Below, one piece after another: positions 12,073 to 26,387 of a DNA stretch of 64,000 nt. Made by a program: the position numbers and the translations under genes. The notes under the pieces were generated by a model. It did not search any database, had not been told where the DNA came from, and saw only the letters and a program-made list of their open reading frames with translations. The stretch's first letter is position 1. Each line of letters opens with the position of its first letter. Source of the stretch: Squalus acanthias (Eukaryota); assembly GCA_030390025.1 (NCBI GenBank), contig JASTWF010000364.1, positions 1 through 64,000 on the forward strand. The letters are read 5' to 3'.

Positions 12073-15000
12073 ACTCACACACTCACACTCACACTCACAG
12101 TCTCACACACTCACAGTCTCACACACTCACACACACACACTCACACTCACACATTCACACTCACAGTCTCACACTCTCACTCACACTCACACACTCACAC
12201 TCACACTCTCACAGTCTCACACTCTCACTCACACTCAGTCTCACACACTCACACTCACAGTCTCACACACTCACACTCACACACTCACACTCTCACAGTC
12301 TCACACACTCACACTCACACTCACACACTCACACTCTCACTCACTCACACGCTCACTCACACTCACACACTCACACTCACACACTCACACTCACACACTC
12401 ACACACTCCCACTCTCACTCTCACTCACACTCACAGTCTCACACACTCACTCACACTCTCACTCACACTCACAGTCTCACACTCACACTCACACTCACAG
12501 TCTCACACACTCACACTCACACACTCACACTCTCACAGTCTCACACACTCACACTCACACACTCACACACTCACTCTCACTCACTCACACGCTCACACAC
12601 ACTCAAATGCTCAAACACTCTCACACACTCACACAATCTCATACACACTCATACTCACACACACTCACACGCACTCACATTCTCACACACACACTCGCAC
12701 AGTCACACACACACTCTCACATTCACACTCACACAATCACACTGTCACACACTCACACGCACACACTCACACACTCACACACACTCAGACACTCATGCCC
12801 TCTCTCACACACACTCACACACACTCACACTAACACACACACACACACACTTACATGCACTCACACACACTCACACACATTCACACTCTCACACACTCTC
12901 ACACACCCACTCACTCACTCACACACTCACATACACTCACACTAACACACACTCACACAAACTCTCACGCTTCTCAATCACACACTCACACTCTCACAAA
13001 CTCACACACTCTCACACACTCTCTCACACACACTCACACAGTCACACTCTCTCATGCACATTTACACTCACACACACAGACTCACACTCATACTCTCACA
13101 CACACTCACACACACTCACTCTTACACACACTCACACACAATCACACTATCACACACTCACCATCACACACTCACACTCACACACTCTCACTCACACACA
13201 GTTAAACACACTGAAACAGACTCACCCTCACACACTCTCACACACTCACTCTCTCACACACCCACTCACTCACACACACTCACACCCACAAATTCAGACA
13301 TGCTAACACACTCACACACACTCTCACACTCACACTCACACACACTTACACACACTCACACTCACACTCATACACACTCACACTCTCACACACTCACACT
13401 CATACACACTCACACTCTCACACACTCACACTCACACACACTCACACACTCTCACACACCCACTCACACACTCACACACTCTCACACACCCACTCACACA
13501 CTCACACCCACTCACACACTCTCACTCACACAAACTCTCACGCACTCTCAATCACACACTCACACTCACACACTCTCACACACTCACATTTTCACACACT
13601 CACACACTCTCTCACACACATTCACACTCACACTCACACACACACACTCACTCACTCTCTCACACACCCACTCACTCACACACACACTCACACACTCACA
13701 CACTCACTCACACACACTCACACACACACTCACACACACACTCACACACACATACTCACACACGCTCTCACACTCACACACACTCTCACACATTCACACA
13801 CTCACCCTCACATACAGTCACACACTCACAGTCTTACACACTCACACCACACCCACTCATACACTCACACTAACACACACTCCCACTCACACGCACTCTC
13901 ACGCACTCTCAATCACACTCTCACTCTCTCACACACTCACACTCACAACTCACACAGTCACACTCTCTCACACACATTCACACTCACACACTGACACACA
14001 ATCACACTATCACACATTCACACTCTCAAATGCTCTCATACAATCACACACACTCATACCCTCTCAAGCACACTCACACACACTCTCAGAAACACTCACA
14101 CTCACTCACACACACACACTCTCACACACTCTCACACACAATCACACTCACACACACACACACTCTCTCACAAACACACACATTCACACACACACTCACA
14201 CATTCACACACACTCACAATCACACAAACTCTTACGCACTGTCACACACACTCACACTCTCACACACTCTCACACTATCATACTCACACCCTCACATTCT
14301 CACACTCACACTCTCACACACACTCACACTCACACACACTCTCATTCTCGCACACTCTCACACACTCTCTCACACACACTCACACAGTCACACTCTCACA
14401 CACATTCACACTCACACACACACACTCACACTCTCACACACACTTAAACACACTCTCACACTCTCACAAACTCACTCTCTCACACCCACTCACACACAAT
14501 CACACTATCACACACTCACAATCACACACTCACACTGACACACTCTCACTCACATGCACTTAAACACACTCTCACACTCACACACACTCACCCTCACACA
14601 CTCTCACACACCCACTCTCTCACACACCCACTCACTCACACACACACACGCACACTCACACACTCTCACACATGCACACACTCACATTCACACACACTTA
14701 CACACACTCTCACACTCACACACACTCACCCTCACACACTCACTCTCTCACACACCCATTCACTTACACACATACTCTCACTCACACACTCACACACTCA
14801 CACCCTCACACACCCACTCAGTCACACACACACTCATGCTCACACACTCACACACACTTACAAACACTCTCACACTCACACACACTCACACTCATACATA
14901 CACACACACTCACACCACCACTCACACACGCACACATACTCACACACTCACACTAACACACACTCACACTCACACACACTCACACACAATCTCAATCACA

Positions 15001-17975
15001 CACTCACATTCTCACACACTCTCACACACTCTCACACACACCCACACACAATCACACTATCACACAATCACAATCTCAAATGCTCTCACACAACCACTCA
15101 CACCCTCTTAAACACACACACGCTTAGAAACACTCACACTCACTCATACACATTCACACTCTCACAAACACTCACACCCTCACACACTCTCACTCACACA
15201 CTCACACACTCTCTCACACTCACACACAATCACACTCACACAATCACACACACACTCACACCCTCTCACACACACTCTCACACACTCACACTCACACACA
15301 CTCACACTCATACATGCACAATCCCACAAACACTCACACTCACAAACACTCATACACATACACTCACACAAAATCACACTCTCACTCTTACACACGCACT
15401 CATTCTCACTCACACACACACGCACATATACGCACAATCACACACACACACTCACACTTACACACACTCACACACATACACTCACTCTCACTCACACACA
15501 CACACTTACACACTCACACACTCTCACACTCATACTCATACACAAGCACACTCACACATTCACACACACTCTCACGCACTCTCATAGACTCACACTCTCA
15601 CACACCCACTCACTCACACCCATTTACACACTCACACATACGCATACCCTCTCACACACTCACACTCACACACAATCAAACTCACACACACTCTCACAAA
15701 CAACTCACTCACACTCACAAACTGACACACGCACACACTCACACTCTCACACACACACACACCCTCACTCACTCACACACCCACTCACACACCCACTCAC
15801 TCACACACACACACCATCTCACAAACACTCACACTCACTCACTCTCACACACACTCTCACGCACTCTCATACACTCACACTCTCACCCACTCACACACCC
15901 ACTCACTCACACCCATTCACACTCTCACACACACTCACACACATACTCATGCCCTCTCACACACTCACACTCACACACACTCACACACAAGCACACTCAC
16001 ACACACTCACACACATACTCATGCCCTCTCACACTCACACACTCACACTCACACACACTCACACACTCCCATACACTCACACTCTCACACACTCACACAC
16101 CCACTCACTCACACCCATTCACACACTCACACACTGACACACACACACTCTCACACACACTCTCACAAACACTCTCACACAATCAAACTCACACACACTC
16201 TCACAAACACTCACACTCACACACTGACACACTCACACACACTCACAAACTGACACACACACTCTCACACACACTCACACACACTCACACACACTCACTC
16301 ACACTCACACTCAGTCACACTCACTCTCACACACATTCTCAAACCCTTTCACACACTCACACACACTCTCACAAACACTCACTTACTCACACACACACAC
16401 ACTGACACACTCACACACTCTCACACACACTCACACTTACACACACTCGCACACTCACACACTCACACACACACAGTCACACACAGTCACACTGACACAC
16501 ACACTCACTCTCACATACTCACACTAACACTCACACACACTCACACTCACTCTCACACACTCACACTGACACTCACACACACTCTCACTCACACAAACTC
16601 ACACACACTCAGACTCTCACACCCTCTCAGTCACACACACTCACACTCACACTCACTCACACACACTCACAGACAATCACACTCACACACACTCACACAC
16701 ACTCTCACAAACACTCACTTACTCACACACACACACTGACACACTCACACACACTCTCACAAACACTCACTCACCACACACCCACACTCACACACACTCT
16801 CACATGCACTCTCACACACTCATACTCTCACACACTCACTCACACACACTCGCACACTCACACACACACAGTCACACACACTCACACAGACTCAGACTCT
16901 CACACCCTCTAACTCACGCACACTCACACTCACACACACTCACAGACAATCACACTCACACACACTCTCACAAACACTCACTTACTCACACACTCGCACA
17001 CACACAGTCACACACACTCACACAGACTCAGACTCTCACACCCTCTCACTCACACACACTCACACTCTCACTCACACAAACTCACACACACTCAGACTCT
17101 CACACCCTCTCACTCACACACACTCACACTCACACTCACACACACTCACAGACAATCGCACTCACACACACTCTCACAAACACTCACTTACTCACACACA
17201 CACACTGACACACACACTCACACTCACACACTCACAGACAATCACGCTCACACACTCTCTCACGCACACTCACACTCACTCACACTCACACACACTCTCA
17301 CACACACTCACACTCACTCACACTCACTCACACTCACACTCAGTCACACTCACTCACACTCACACACATTCTCATACCCTTTCACACACTCACACACACT
17401 CTCACAAACACTCACTTACTCACACACACACACACTGACACACTCACTCACATTCACTCACACTCAGTCACACTCACACACACTCACACACAATCACACT
17501 CACACACACTCACACACAATCACACTCACACTCACACACGCACACACTCATTCATACACTCACTCATTCACACACACTTTCTCACACACACTCAAACACT
17601 CACTCACACACACACACTCTCACACACACACTCACACTCACACACACGCACACTCACACACTAACTCACACACACACACACACTCACGCACTCACACACG
17701 CACTCACACTCATAATCACTCACACTCACACACACTCACACACACACACACACACTCACTCACAATCACACACACAATCACACACACACTCACACACACA
17801 ATCACACACACTCAGTCACACACACGCACACACTCACTCACACAATCACACTCACAGACACACTCACACACAATCACACACACACTCACTCACACACACT
17901 CAGTCACACACACTCAGTCACACACACACACTCACTCACTCACACAATCACACTCACACACACACTCACACTCAC
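12073..17975. repeat. ~5.9-kb complex CA/CACT/CTCA microsatellite
   Basis: Very G-poor on the + strand; produces the His/Thr/Ser/Leu pseudo-ORFs. Confidence 0.97.
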
Positions 17976-19737
17976 CTTTGGTTGGAGCGATGATAGACCA
18001 TATCTAAAAAGCTGATTACATTTGTTAGAATGAGCAATTGGCCCTAATATTGAGCAAGAGAATCACAACGGAAAAATCTACAAAAATATTCACAGGGAGC
18101 AAACAAAAAGGAGCAGCGACACTGAAGGAAAAGGTCCTGAACAGGAAGGACAACAAAGAGCAGAAAGGAGTCAAAAACATTTAAATAGGTAAAGAAAGAG
18201 TGAAAAGATAGATACATTAGATGAAAGGAAGGAAAAAGAAGATAAGGATAAAATGGAGAGAGAGGAGAAGGAGGGAAGGAAAGCGAGGAGGAGAAAAGAG
18301 GGGAAGGAGGAGAAAGGAAAGAGAGATAAGGGAGAGAATGAGGGATAAAAGGATCGAGACAGGAGAAGGAAAAGGATGGAAAGAGCCTAACGGAAAGACA
18401 CTGAAAGAGGTAAAGGAAGGAAGAGTGAGCGAGGACAAGGGAGAACAATAGAAAGACAGGAAAAGAGAAAAAGTAGAGATGGAGGAAGGAGAAATAGGGA
18501 GACAAAGAGGGGAAGAGAAGAGAGAAATAGGAGAGAGAGAAAGAGGATTAGAGAGAAGGAGGGAGATGACTAGAGGGGCTGGGAGCGAGTAAAGATGGCA
18601 AGAGAGAAGTGCTGTAAACGGCTCTGTAAAATAGAGGACAGACATGGGGAATTAGCTGGCTCATTTATCACAGCTGATATTTGACATTTCTGTGCAGAAT
18701 TTATGGTTGCAAGCCGTTAAAATCCCCACTTCTCAAGACAAAGCCCTTAAGTGTTGATTTAAGCCTGGAGACAGGAAAATTGGAGAGCGAGTGCCTCCAG
18801 GCCAAGCTCGAGGATAGAAGGGACGGGGACCAAAGCTGTGCCTGAATCCTTGAAACCAGATGAGACTGAATATCAGGCACCTGACCGAGGGAGAGCCGAG
18901 GCTGGCCATTCAATGGCTGGATAATGACTCGTTCAGTGTGGGGAGGGACTCAACTCTGCCGTGGAATCACGGGGACCTGAGATGGATGGAAGTGAAGGAT
19001 TTATTTGTACAAGATTAATGAAGTGACCCAGGTGTCAGACGCTATTCCAAAAACATACACTCCTCTCTCCCAGGCATAAATACTTCAGCTAAACCACCTC
19101 CGCCAGCACACACCAAGCCGTTGGCAAGTAATCTCCTGTCATTTGACAAAAATTGCACTATAACAAGGTGCAGTGATACTGAGAGAAAAGAGCTTTCCTC
19201 CAAACAGCTCCATCAGTTTTTCGCCTTTGTGCCTCTCGCCTTGTTCTATTTCTCTTTCTCTCTTCTTCTCCCTCTCTCTTCCCCTCATCTTCCTTCTCTT
19301 TTTCTCACCCATTTTCTCCTTCTCTAGGCTCCCCCTTTCTTTCTTCCACTCCCTCATTATTTTAACCTCTCTCCATCTCTCCCCGTCTCTCTCTTTCCCA
19401 CTTTCTCTCTACTCGCTCTGTTTTTCCACTGCTGCTTTCTATCTCTCCTTTCTTTCTCTGCCCTTTTCTCTTTCATTGACCCCGCACCCCTCCCCCATCT
19501 ATCTGCACACGCTATTTTTCCTGTAGTATATATGGACATATCTCGGTACGCTGTTAACCAGCAGGCTAACCAGGCAATATAAGAGAGAATGGGATTAGAG
19601 TAGAGAGCTCCAGTGTTGGACCAGCATCCCAAAGGCACAAAGCGCAGTGTGGCCTCCTTTTGTACGAACATTTCAACACTTCTATAAAAGGATTGAGCAA
19701 ATCATTTCATATTTTTTGAAATTCAAATTCAAAAAAT

Positions 19738-20222
19738 CCCAGGGCAGGCACAGCACGGGTTAGATACAGAGTAAAGCTCCCTGTACACTGTCCCCATCAA
19801 ACGCTCCCAGGGCAGGTACAGCACGGGTTAGATACAGAGTGAAGCTCCCTCTACACTGTTCCCATCAAACACTCCCAGGGCAGGTACAGCACGGGTTAGA
19901 TACAGAGTAAAGCTCCCTCTACACTGTCCCATCAAACACTCCCAGGGCAGGTACAGCACGGGTTAGATACAGAGTGAAGCTCCCTCTACACTGTTCCCAT
20001 CAAACACTCCCAGGGCAGGTACAGCACGTGGTTAGATACAGAGTAAAGCTCCCTGTACACTGTTCCCATCAAACACTCCCAGGGCAGGTACAGAACGGGT
20101 TAGATACAGAGTAAAGCTCCCTGTACACTGTCCCCATCAAACACTCCCAGGGCAGGTACAGCATGGGTTAGATACAGAGTGAAGCTCCCTCTACACTGCC
20201 CCATCTAACACTCCCAGGGCAG
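19738..20222 (-). repeat. 67-bp minisatellite array (~7 units)
   Basis: Reverse complement of the unit at 1289-3030. Confidence 0.95.
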
Positions 20223-20904
20223 ATAGTCCCCTCTTTCACCTCTACTCATCTGCATGGCTGTGTATCTTATGTCCTTCTATTTGGATCAATCCCTTCTTCT
20301 TCGTCCCCCAATCGTTTGGTGGCTAAGTGCAGCACTCTGTGCGATCCTCAGCGATACAGATCTGTGGTTCAATCTCTGGTGGGTATTGAGTCGCCAACCT
20401 CAGCCAAGGTGGCAGTAAGGGCACTACAAGTGATCTCAGAGCCCCAAGTTTGGGCAGGATATAAAAAAGGAATTTGGGTTCTTGTCGCTGATGTTTGAGC
20501 AGTGATCCCTGCTGGAATGGATGCTTCTGTGGAGTGTTCATAAGGGGTTGTTTGGACTCAAGGATGTCTTGCTCGCTCCCCACTGTTGAAATGTTGATGC
20601 TCGCTGTTTAGTTCAGACATTAAGAATGGCTCTGCAGGTGGCCTTGGAGATACACCCCAATGTGAGTCAACACCTTCAGAGGAGGAGCGAAAGCAGCAAC
20701 GAAGAATTCACTGAGGTCACTGGAGTCAAGTGACAGTCAACCCCGGGGATGTAACCTTTTGGGGAATATGAGGCAGGAGGAAGTTCTTCTCTCATCCCCC
20801 TCCTCCACGTTTGAAGACAGTGATGCAACATGGTTACTGAGGGGAAGATCATTTTGTCCATCAATCAAGGAGTTATAGGCAACGGGATGTTATCGAGCTC
20901 CCAT

Positions 20905-21312
20905 TATAGATTAAACATTCACTCCCTGCACCACCGGCGCACCGTGGCTGCAGTGTGTACCATCTACAAGATGCACTGCAGCAACTCGCCAAGGCTTCTA
21001 CGACAGCTCCTCCAAAACCCGCGATCTCTTTCACCTAGAAGGACAAGGGCAGCAGGTGCATGGGAAAACCACCACCTCCAAGTTCACCTCCAAGTCACAC
21101 ATCATCCTGACTTAGGAGTATATCGCCGATCCTTCATCGTCACTGGGTCAAAATCCTGGAACTCCCTCCCTAACAGCACTGTGGGAGCACCTTCACCACA
21201 CAGACTGCAGCGGTTCAAGAAGGTGGCTCACCACCACCTTCTCAAGGAGAACTAGGGATGGGCAATAAATGCCGGCCTTGCCAGCGACGCCCACATTGCG
21301 AGAATGAATTTT
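20905..21312 (+). mobile_element. non-LTR retrotransposon (CR1/L2 group) 3' fragment
   Basis: Translates to HSLHHRRTVAAVCTIYKMHC...SWNSLP...FKK; 3' tail gggcaataaatgccggcc...gaatgaat; related pieces at 755-846, 36180-36430 and 38010-38130. Confidence 0.7.
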
Positions 21313-21968
21313 TAAAATAACTTCACATCATTAGAGTGTGGTCGGAAGGAGTTCACCATATTGACTGAAGGACAAGCTGATATTGGCATGTGTTATCCTC
21401 CAGATATCTGGGCAAAGGGTGAGAAGGTTGACCTCCTGAAGGCCCGCCCCGCGGTCTTCATTCCATGTTGGTTCAGGGTCAGTAGCATAGAAACATCTCC
21501 GAACCTCCTGCCAAGTTCAGCGGCAGTCGACCCGTCACTGATACTGTGTGGTGATCTCCGCCCAGACCTGCCTCCTGTTGTGCGGACTCAGCCATGGATT
21601 GCCTGAATCTCTGGCCACCTCAGTCCCTTCCTCTGTGCTTTCCAAACTATACCGCCAGCTAGCACATCTGGGCTGGTGAAGAGTTAGTTATGATAGGTGT
21701 TTGTTAAGGTTTTAATCAGTGATAATCCTGTCCTGAGGTTGGAGGGAGGGACAGGGGATGGGGAAGCTTAACGTTGTGAACTGTGGTTTCGTGGTGCTGT
21801 TAACAGGAAGCTGCTGTACGCTGTCCGGTTTCGGCACTGATCACCCAACACAAGCAATTCCTTCATTGCAGGCTCCCCAACCTCGGCCTCCCTCTTCCCC
21901 TGGGAGTCAACATTTGGGGAAAAAAAGTGTTTTAAAGAAAGAAAGACTTACATTTCTACAGCATCTTT

Positions 21969-22887
21969 GATGATACAAAGATGGGTGGGAAAGCAAGTTG
22001 TGCTGAGGACTCAAAGAATCTGCAAAGGGATATAGACAGGTTAAGTGAGTGGGCAAACATTTGGCAGATGGAGTATAATGTGGGAATGTGCGAGGTTATC
22101 CACTTTGACAGGAAAAATAAAAAAGCAAATTATTATTTAAATGGAGAGAGATTACAAAATGCTACAGTTCAGAGGGACCTGGGGGTCCTTGTGCATGAAA
22201 CACAAAAAGTTAACATGCAGGTACAGCAAGTAATCAAAAAGGCAAATGGAATGTTGGCCATTATTTCAAAGGGGTTGGAGTATAAAAGTAGGGAAGTCCT
22301 GCTACAACTGTACAGGGCGTTGGTGAGACCACACCTGGAGTACTGCATACAGTTTTGGTCTCCTTATTTAAGGAAGGATATACTTGCATTGGAGGCAGTT
22401 CAGAGACGATTCACTAGGTTAATTCCAGAGATGAGGGGGTGGACTTATGAGGAAAGGTTGAGCAGGCTGGGCCTATACTCTTTGGAATTTAGAAGAATGA
22501 GAGGTGATCTTATCAAAACATATAAGATGCTGAGGGGGCTCGACAGGGTAGATGCAGAGAGGATGTTTCCCCTCGTGGGGAAATCTAGAACTCGGGGGCA
22601 TAGTTTCAGAATAAAGGGTCGCCCTTTTAGAACTGAGATGAGGAGGAATTTCTTCTCTCAGAGGGTCGTAAATCTGTGGAATTCTCTGCCCCAGAGACCC
22701 GTGGAGGCTGGGTCATTAAATACATTTAAGGTGGAGATAGACAGATTTTTGCAAGATAAGGGAGTGAAGGGTTATGGGGAGCGGGCTGGGAAGTGGCTTT
22801 GAGCCCAAGATCAGCCATGATCTTATTGAATGGCGGAGCAGGCTCGAGGGGCCAAGTGGCCTATTCATGCTCCTATTTCTTATGTTC
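21969..22887 (+). mobile_element. 5'-truncated CR1 LINE (ORF2 C-terminal 273 aa open), inserted into the tail of a SINE
   Basis: ORF 21981-22802 contains LYRALVRPHLEYC, MRGDLI and FFSQRVVNLWNSLP. SINE tail sequence stops at ~21968 and resumes at ~22888. Confidence 0.9.
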
Positions 22888-24495
22888 TTTCATGACCACC
22901 AGACGTCCCAAAGCGCTTTACAGCCGATTAAGTACTTTTGAAGTGCAGTCACTGTTGTAATGTAGGAAACGTGTCAGCCAATTTGCGCACAGCAAGCTCC
23001 CATAAACAGCAATGTGATAATGACCAGATAATCTGTTTTAGTGATGTAGATTGAGGGATAAATATTGGCCAGGACACTGGGGAGAACTCCCCTGCTCTTC
23101 TTCGAAATAGTGCCATGGGATCTTTTACATCCACCTGAGAGGGCAGACGGGGCCTCGGTTTAATGTTTCATCTGAAAGACGGCACCTCCTTCAGTACTGC
23201 CACTCCGACAGTGCTGCGCTCCCTCAGTACTGCCCCACCGACAGTGCAGTGCTCCCTCAGTACTGCCCCTTTGACAGTGAAGCGCTCCCTCAGTACCTCC
23301 CCTCTGACAGTGCGGCGCTCCCTCAGTACTGCCCCTCCGACAGTGCGGCGCTTCCTCAGTACCACCCCTCCGACAGTGCGGCACTCCCTCAGTACTCCCC
23401 CCAGACAGTGCAGCTTTCCTTCAGTACTGACCCTCCAACAGTGCAGCGGTCCATCAGTACTGCCCCTCCGACAGTGCAGCGCTCCCTCAGTACTGCCCCT
23501 CCGACAGTGCAGCGCTCCCTCAGTACTGCCCCCTGACAGTGCAGCGCTCCCTCAGTACTGCCCCTCCGAAAGTGCCGCGCTCCCTCAGTACTGCCCCTCC
23601 GACAGTGCAGCGCTCCCTCAGTACTGCCCCTCCGACAGTGCAGCGCTCCCTCAGTACTATCCCTCTGACAGTGCAGCGCTCCCTCAGTACTGCCCCTGCA
23701 AAAGTGCTGCGCTCCCTCAGTACTGCCCCTCCGACAGTGCAGCGTTCCCTCAGTACTGCCCCTCTGACAGTGCTGCGCTTCCTCATTACCGCCCCTCCGA
23801 CAGCGCGGTGCTCCCTCAGTACTGCCCCTCCGACAGTGCAGCACTCCCTCGGTACTGCCCCTCCGACAGTGCAGCTCTCCCTCAGTACTGCCCCTCCGAC
23901 AGTGCGGCGCTCCCTCGGTACTGCCCCTTGGACAGTGCAGCACTCCCTCAGTACCGCCCCTCCGACAGTGCGGTTCTCCCTCAGTACTGCCCCTCGGACA
24001 GTGCAGCACTCCCTCAGTACCGCCCCTCCGACAGTGCGGCACTCCCTCAGTACTGCCCCTCCGACAGTGCAGCGCTCCCTCAGTACCGCCCCTCTGACAG
24101 TGCTGCGCTCCCTCAGTACTGCTCCTCTGACAGTGCTGCGCTCCCTCAGTACTGCCCCTCCGACAGTGCTGCGCTCCCTCAGTACTGCCCCTCTGACAGT
24201 GCAGCGCTCCCTCAGTACTGCCCCTCCGACAGTGCAGCACTCCCTCAGTACCGACCCTCCGACAGTACAGCGCTCCCTCAGTACCGCCCCTCCGACAGTG
24301 CAGCACTCCCTCAGTACTGACCCTCCGACAGTACAGCGCTCCCTCAGTACCGCCCCTCCTACAGTGCAGCACTCCCTCAGTACTGCGCTGGGAGTGTCAG
24401 ACCTGGATTTTGTGCTCAAGTCTCTGGAGTGGGGCTTGAACCCACGACCTTCTGACTTGGAGGCCAGAGAGCTGCCCTCTGAGCTCGGCTGACAC
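22888..24495 (-). mobile_element. SacSINE1-like SINE with 33-bp minisatellite (~36 units)
   Basis: Head 24385-24495, array 23190-24385, body and tail 22888-23190, tail end displaced to 21934-21968. Confidence 0.9.
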
Positions 24496-25781
24496 CAGCA
24501 GCTACATCCCTCCACTTGATAAACACTTTAAAAAAATTCTCCAATTATAACAATGAAAAAAACACTTGCACTGCCCTAATTCAGGCTGAATCGCAGTGGC
24601 TGTAAATTGTCAACTTTCAGCCGAGACAGCAAACCGCCCCACCCCCCAATCTCATCCGATCATGTTATTGGGTAGGTGTCAAAATGGGGAAACCTTGTAA
24701 AAAATCAATAGGGAAAAAGGAGACATTCATCTTTCTTAGGCACTAAAGCGAAAAGGAAGATGCATTCACCGCTGAAAGGTTTAATGACATTCCTTCTGTC
24801 CTGAGAATCCCCTGCCGCACTGTGTCTTTCTCCCCTCCTGGCAAGTTGCAAGGCCATTTTCTCAAACTTACCTCTCTGTTGTCTAGTAATGTTCAATCAT
24901 GTCAGTTCTCCGAGGCAGCATCTTTATCTGAAAATTGTCTGTAGCTGACCCTATTTTTTCTATCACTGTTACCAGCAGTGTTGCTGCTTCCATTCCCTGG
25001 ATGTGCCTTGTCTGCTGCGCTCTCTCCTCTCTCTTGTCTTCGTGCACCAAAATAACCACGAGAAGGAAGAAAGAGATCTATTTTTGCAGCGACTGCTTTA
25101 TTACAGTCTCGGGAACATCTCGAAGGGCTTCAGAACCCATGGGATGGCAGTTGAACCTTTTAAAATGGGCCAATTTTGGGGACCATGGGCCAGCACCAAA
25201 AAAAGAGGCGTGAAAGACACCCGAGCTGATCTTGGGTCAGGCCCTGGCGACTGGCGAAACATCTGTTCGGTCCCTTACATGTGTAAATGAGAAGCCGAAC
25301 GCCTGTTTAAGGCCCCCCTCTGTGAAACTGGGCAGTGCGTAGCAGACCAGGAGCCGGGCCTAATGCTGTGCCCACATGACCACAATGGGGGTGGGTATTT
25401 ATCTGACCACCTGAGAGGAGGTGAAGGTTTGCTTAATGTCCCTGGTCATCCTAGAATGAGTCTGGGGTCAGACAACAGATCCTCACTGTAGCAGTTTGAA
25501 GTAGGCTGTGAGTGCTGCCATCCCATAACCTGGCTCGTCCGGCTTTGATACACAGTCCTCACCGCCTGCAGCCTGTGGCCTTTTTCAATCGGTGTTAATT
25601 TATTTTGTTTTACAACGCACCTCTTTAATATAATTAAATCCTAAATTCCTTTCTGTGAATAAGCAAATGACCAGAAATCCTTGGGGGAAAGTTTATCAAA
25701 AATAAATCAAATCAAACTGCAGGATTCCTAGCCCTTTGTTTGAACTGATAAACCGAGGTGAAGGGCCAAGCCTCACAGTGC

Positions 25782-26350
25782 AACACTCCACCAATCACCA
25801 GTGGGCAGTGAGCTCAAGACTCCACCAATCACCAGAGGGCAGTGAGCTCAACACTCCACCAATCACCAGAGGGCAGTGAGCTCAACACTCCACCAATCAC
25901 CAGAGGGCAGTGAGCTCAACACTCCACCAATCACCAGAGGGCAGTGAGCTCAACACTCCACCAATCACCAGAGGGCAGTGAGCTCAACACTCCACCAATC
26001 ACCAGAGGGCAGTGAGCTCAACACTCCACCAATCACCAGAGGGCAGTGAGCTCAACACTCCACCAATCACCAGAGGGCAGTGAGCTCAACACTCCACCAA
26101 TCACCAGAGGACAGTGAGCTCAACACTCCACCAATCACCAGAGGACAGTGAGCTCAACACTCCACCAATCATCAGAGGGCAGTGAGCTCAACACTCCACC
26201 AATCATCAGAGGGCAGTGATCTTAACACTCCACCAATCATCAGAGGGCAGTGATCTCAACACTCCACCAATCATCAGAGGGCAGTGAGTTCAACACTCCA
26301 CCAATCATCAGAGGGCAGTGAGTTCAACACTCCACCAATCATCAGATGGC
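25782..26350. repeat. 34-bp minisatellite (caacactccaccaatcaccagagggcagtgagct), ~16 units
   Basis: Direct inspection. Confidence 0.95.
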
Positions 26351-26387
26351 AGCGAGCTCGGGGTTTGAATTCCTGCAGATTGGAGAA

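Noticed and set aside
12069..17208. His/Thr-rich ORFs
   Set aside because: Artefacts of the CA-rich microsatellite.
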